Below are positions 56,793 through 60,330 of a DNA stretch of 60,330 bases, piece by piece. The stretch comes from Vicinamibacterales bacterium. GTDB lineage: Bacteria > Acidobacteriota > Vicinamibacteria > Vicinamibacterales > UBA2999. Within the stretch, counting starts at the first letter, position 1, and every line of letters begins with the position of its first letter. The DNA lies in contig DAIRVG010000018.1 of the NCBI GenBank assembly GCA_036802945.1, forward strand, positions 1 to 60,330, in the 5' to 3' direction. The notes below the pieces were generated by a model. It was not told the DNA's origin, ran no database searches, and was given only the letters and a program-made list of their open reading frames with translations. Position numbers and translations under genes: made by a program.

Positions 56793-59700
56793 ATGACCGA
56801 CCCGTTAGTCGGCACTGCAGTTGCCCATTACGAGGTACTAGCAAAGCTCGGTGGCGGCGGCATGGGTGTCGTCTACACCGCGCGCGACGTCCGCCTCGGG
56901 CGACTTGTCGCGCTCAAGTTCCTCCCGCCACAGTGGAGCCACGACGAGAGCGCGAAGCAGCGTTTTCTTCGCGAGGCTCAAGCCGCTTCGGCGACCCACC
57001 ATCGCAACATCTGCACGATTCATGACATCGAGACCGCGGCCGACGGCCAGTTGTTCATCGTCATGGCGTACTACGAAGGCCAGACGCTGAAGCAGAAGCT
57101 CGAAGCTGGCCCACTACCGATCGAAGAAGCCGTGGAGATCGCCGCGCAGGTCGCGGAAGGTCTCGCCAAAGCGCACGCGGAAGGCGTGGTCCATCGCGAC
57201 ATCAAACCGGGCAACCTGATCATCGTCGAGGACGACGTCAAGATCCTCGACTTCGGCCTGGCAAAGTTCGCGAACGCGCTGCAGCTCACGATGGAGGGCT
57301 CGACGCTGGGAACGGTGGCTTACATGTCGCCCGAGCAGACGCGCGGGGAGGAGGCGGACGCGCGAAGCGACATCTGGGCAGTGGGCGTCGTGCTCTACGA
57401 GATGCTCGCTGGCGCGCTGCCGTTCAAAGGCGCCTATCCCGAAGCGATTTCTCACGCAATCCGCAACGATCCCATGCCGCCGATGCGCACTCCCGGGCGC
57501 GACATTCCTCCAGAACTGACTCGGATCATCGAGCGCGCGCTCGCAAAGGATCCGGAGGAGCGCTTTCAAAGTGTGCGGGAGCTAGCGCGCGATCTCCGGC
57601 TGCTGCAAGGCCGCACCATCCCGCTTGACCTGCTCACGGCGCCCATTAATGCGCCCGCGTTGCGGATCACGCCGCCGCGACGATGGTGGCGATCGCGTGC
57701 GGCGCTTGTGACCGCGGGGCTCCTGATCGGCGCAGGCATCGGTGTGCCGCTCTGGATCTTCGCGCCCGTCGCGCGTGTGCCGGTCGTAGTCGCTCCCGTC
57801 GTCAATCAGACCGGCTACCCGGAGCTCGACACCTACCGTGCGGCATTGACCGCAGAATTGATCGCGGAGCTGTCAGGTTCAGCAGTGGTGCGTCCGGTTC
57901 CGTACGATCGAGAGCTCCAGATTCTTCGCCGGTTCAGGGACGGCGGGGAGGATATTTCGAGTCGCGAGGCAATCCAGGCCCTCACGGTCAATACCGGTGC
58001 GCGGATCGTCATTGCGCCGACGCTCCTGTATGAGAACGGGGCGTGGCGAGCGCGCGGTGAGTTCCGCGAGGCGGCAACCGCAACCAATGCGGCGGTGCGG
58101 GAGACCGCCCCCGTCGTGTCGTCGCTGGTCAAGGAGACTGCCTACCGACTGATGCCGCAGCTGACGGCGGGCATCGAGGAGCATTTCCTTGCGACGGGCA
58201 CACGTCGGGCGCGCATCGCCTATTTCCTGCGGGCACTGATTGGCCGGACTCCTCCGGCGCCGGCCGTTCGAATGGGCACTCTTGATGCGGCCGCCGAGTT
58301 CGAGCGGGGACTCGACGCGTACGAACGGCTCGAGTACGGCACCGCATTGCGGTTCTTCACCAGTGCCGCGGCACTCGATTCGCGAAATCCCTTGCCCATC
58401 GCATGGCGTAGCCGGGTCGCTCACATCATGCGCCGCGATGACGAGGCCGCCGACGCGGCGCAGCAGGCGGGTCGCCTGATGGCTGCGAAGCTGTCCGCCT
58501 CGGATCGGACGTTCCTCGAAGCCGTGCTTGCGGAGTCACAAGGCGATACGGCGACCGCGGACGCGCGATATCACCAGTTGGCTCAAGACGTTCCCGATGA
58601 GGTGCGATGGGCAATCGAGCTTGGCGCATTTCAGGATCGGCGGAATCTCAACGCCGACAGCGTGGCGAGCTACCAGCACGCGCTCTCGCTTGACCCGCGG
58701 TTGATCAGGCCGCACCTCGAGCTCTGCCGCCTGTACAACCGCCTCAACGAGACCGCCGATGCGAAAACCCAAGGACAACAGGCGCTCGCCCAATATCGCG
58801 CGATCGCCGATCGCGCGGGCGAGGTGCAGTCGTTGTTCTGTCTCACCGACGCCTTCCGTGTTGGCGACGACGCGGACCATAAGGAGGCGCGTCGGCTGGC
58901 TGACGCCGCGCTCATGCTGGTGCAAAACAACCCCGAGTCGTTCCAGCTGCCGCGCGCCCATTACTACGTCGGCAACGCCGCGTACGTGGGGGGACAGCTC
59001 TCAGAAGCGATCGCGTCATGGCAGGAATCAGTGACCCGCGCCCGTGCCGTCGACAACCGCCCCATCCAACCACTCGACTTGATGAACATGGGAGTGACCT
59101 ACGAAAGGCTCGGACAGCGGGCGCTCGCGGCGAGCCACTTCGCCGAGAGTTCGAAGGCGTATGAACGCCTCGGAGACGAGGCGCGTGCCGCGCAGACCCA
59201 GGCCAATAGCGGCGCACTCCTGGTCGAATACGGTGACAAACCGCAAGAAGGCCTGCGCGATCTTGAAAACGCCCTGGCAGTCTCGCGCAAACTGGGGGAC
59301 AAGAACTTCGAGGCATTTTGCCTGCAGGTCATTGCAGCCTATTACCGGTATGCCGGTCGCCATGCTGAAGCCGAGCGGACTTTCAATCAAGCGATCGCGA
59401 TTTCCAGGGAACGGGACCTCCAGGACGACATCGCGCTGCTCACGATTGACGTGGCGCGTTCGCGCTTCGATCGCGCAGACTATGCGAGCGCGAGGGATCT
59501 GTTCGTGCAGGCCATGGGGGATGGATCGGGCCCGCGAACGACCGATGCACGGATCCGCCTCGCCCGCGTCGACGTCCGGCTTGGGGACTTCCACGCCGCC
59601 ACGCAGGAGCTCAAGACCGCCGAAACCGAATTCGCCGCAGGACATGGGGATCGCAACCTCGCGCCGCTACTCGAGGTCGTTCGTGGTGAGCTGGCGCTCG

Positions 59701-60197
59701 CGTCAGGCGCCGCTCAGGATTCACGCGCGTATTTCGAGAGAGGGGCAGCAGTGTGGGTCGACGATCGACCCGACGCCGCGGCTGTTGAGGCCCGCGCCTA
59801 TCTTGGCCTGCTCGACACGCGCCAGGGCCGGACGTCGTCTGCGCGACAGGCACTGGAGTCGAGCCTCATACAGGCCGGCAGAATGGGCCGCTACGGGCTG
59901 GAGGTCCGCTGCCGCGTGTATCTCGCCCAGCTCGATGTCTCACAACGACAGTTCGCTGCCGCCGCCGATCGGCTCCGCAACATTCCGGCCGATGGCGAGC
60001 GCGCGCTTGGCCCCGAGTTGCAGGCCCAGGTTCACTATTTGCGCAGCCAGGCGCTCAAGGGAATGGGCGAGGTCGCGGGAAGCAAACGGGATGAAGAGGC
60101 GGCGCGACGATTTCTTCGAGATCTCACGACCTCCTTGCCGGAGAAGTACCGCGCGGGCTTCGCGGCGCGGGCGGACCTGCTCGTGCCCGCCATCTGA
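56793..60197 (+). CDS. Hanks-type Ser/Thr protein kinase with TM helix, TolB-N-like domain and extracytoplasmic TPR array
   Basis: LGGGGMGVVY, VALKFL, HRDIKPGN, DFGLAK, YMSPEQ, SDIWAVG; one TM helix; helical repeats to the C-terminus. Start trimmed to ATG 56793. Confidence 0.95.
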   Translation: MTDPLVGTAVAHYEVLAKLGGGGMGVVYTARDVRLGRLVALKFLPPQWSHDESAKQRFLREAQAASATHHRNICTIHDIETAADGQLFIVMAYYEGQTLKQKLEAGPLPIEEAVEIAAQVAEGLAKAHAEGVVHRDIKPGNLIIVEDDVKILDFGLAKFANALQLTMEGSTLGTVAYMSPEQTRGEEADARSDIWAVGVVLYEMLAGALPFKGAYPEAISHAIRNDPMPPMRTPGRDIPPELTRIIERALAKDPEERFQSVRELARDLRLLQGRTIPLDLLTAPINAPALRITPPRRWWRSRAALVTAGLLIGAGIGVPLWIFAPVARVPVVVAPVVNQTGYPELDTYRAALTAELIAELSGSAVVRPVPYDRELQILRRFRDGGEDISSREAIQALTVNTGARIVIAPTLLYENGAWRARGEFREAATATNAAVRETAPVVSSLVKETAYRLMPQLTAGIEEHFLATGTRRARIAYFLRALIGRTPPAPAVRMGTLDAAAEFERGLDAYERLEYGTALRFFTSAAALDSRNPLPIAWRSRVAHIMRRDDEAADAAQQAGRLMAAKLSASDRTFLEAVLAESQGDTATADARYHQLAQDVPDEVRWAIELGAFQDRRNLNADSVASYQHALSLDPRLIRPHLELCRLYNRLNETADAKTQGQQALAQYRAIADRAGEVQSLFCLTDAFRVGDDADHKEARRLADAALMLVQNNPESFQLPRAHYYVGNAAYVGGQLSEAIASWQESVTRARAVDNRPIQPLDLMNMGVTYERLGQRALAASHFAESSKAYERLGDEARAAQTQANSGALLVEYGDKPQEGLRDLENALAVSRKLGDKNFEAFCLQVIAAYYRYAGRHAEAERTFNQAIAISRERDLQDDIALLTIDVARSRFDRADYASARDLFVQAMGDGSGPRTTDARIRLARVDVRLGDFHAATQELKTAETEFAAGHGDRNLAPLLEVVRGELALASGAAQDSRAYFERGAAVWVDDRPDAAAVEARAYLGLLDTRQGRTSSARQALESSLIQAGRMGRYGLEVRCRVYLAQLDVSQRQFAAAADRLRNIPADGERALGPELQAQVHYLRSQALKGMGEVAGSKRDEEAARRFLRDLTTSLPEKYRAGFAARADLLVPAI

Positions 60198-60280
60198 TCG
60201 ATGCATGCTGGTGCGGCGCATTCGTTGGAGGACGGGACTCCTCGGATGCACCTGCACCTCGAACTCCCTTGGAGGATGTG

Positions 60281-60330
60281 ATGGGATACGGAGAAATCGG
60301 CGGCGGTGGAAGCGTTAAATGGCTGGTGGT
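60281..60330 (+). CDS. Start of a downstream gene (partial, cut by window edge)
   Basis: GGAGG-N5-ATG; MGYGEIGGGGSVKWLV... Confidence 0.55.
   Translation, partial: MGYGEIGGGGSVKWLV

Overview
High-GC bacterial window. Gene content (acidobacterial-type VWA protein, LPKTA-tailed exported protein, kinase-TPR) suggests Acidobacteriota, possibly Vicinamibacteria; this is inference only. I saw no rRNA, tRNA, CRISPR array or transposase. The left part (1-15 kb) is accessory-like: a peptidase/PD40/Omp85 outer-membrane protein (cut by the window edge), an LPKTA-anchored exported protein, a decayed YidE/YbjL-type transporter fragment, a sigma54-preceded cassette (exported amidohydrolase, exported glutaminase, MscS), a truncated PIN toxin, a Tat-exported PaoABC-like molybdoenzyme coupled to a pentapeptide-repeat gene, and a PLP aminotransferase. 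The middle holds uvrB-mlaEFD-ytxH-DUF948, VWA plus an 826-aa barrel protein, DHH, SGNH, Cys/Met lyase, a pseudo-patatin, greA, trmH-like, rarA and a trypsin-like protease. A ~21 kb minus-strand housekeeping run follows (sucC-sucD-ndk-DUF2905-dcd-hisS-aspS-phoH-ybeY-corC-like-era-mgtE-recO-glyQ-glyS-ppdK-corA-mutL). The right end carries the best candidate for an undescribed system. It is three tandem paralogous small exported proteins, each with its own conserved YGTAMG-N16-CGTTGTT promoter-like motif and a downstream hairpin, transcribed divergently from a membrane Ser/Thr kinase with an extracytoplasmic TPR array. Also notable: GTAG-type REP palindromes sitting in frame inside mutL and recO, and several families of period-7 intergenic repeats.
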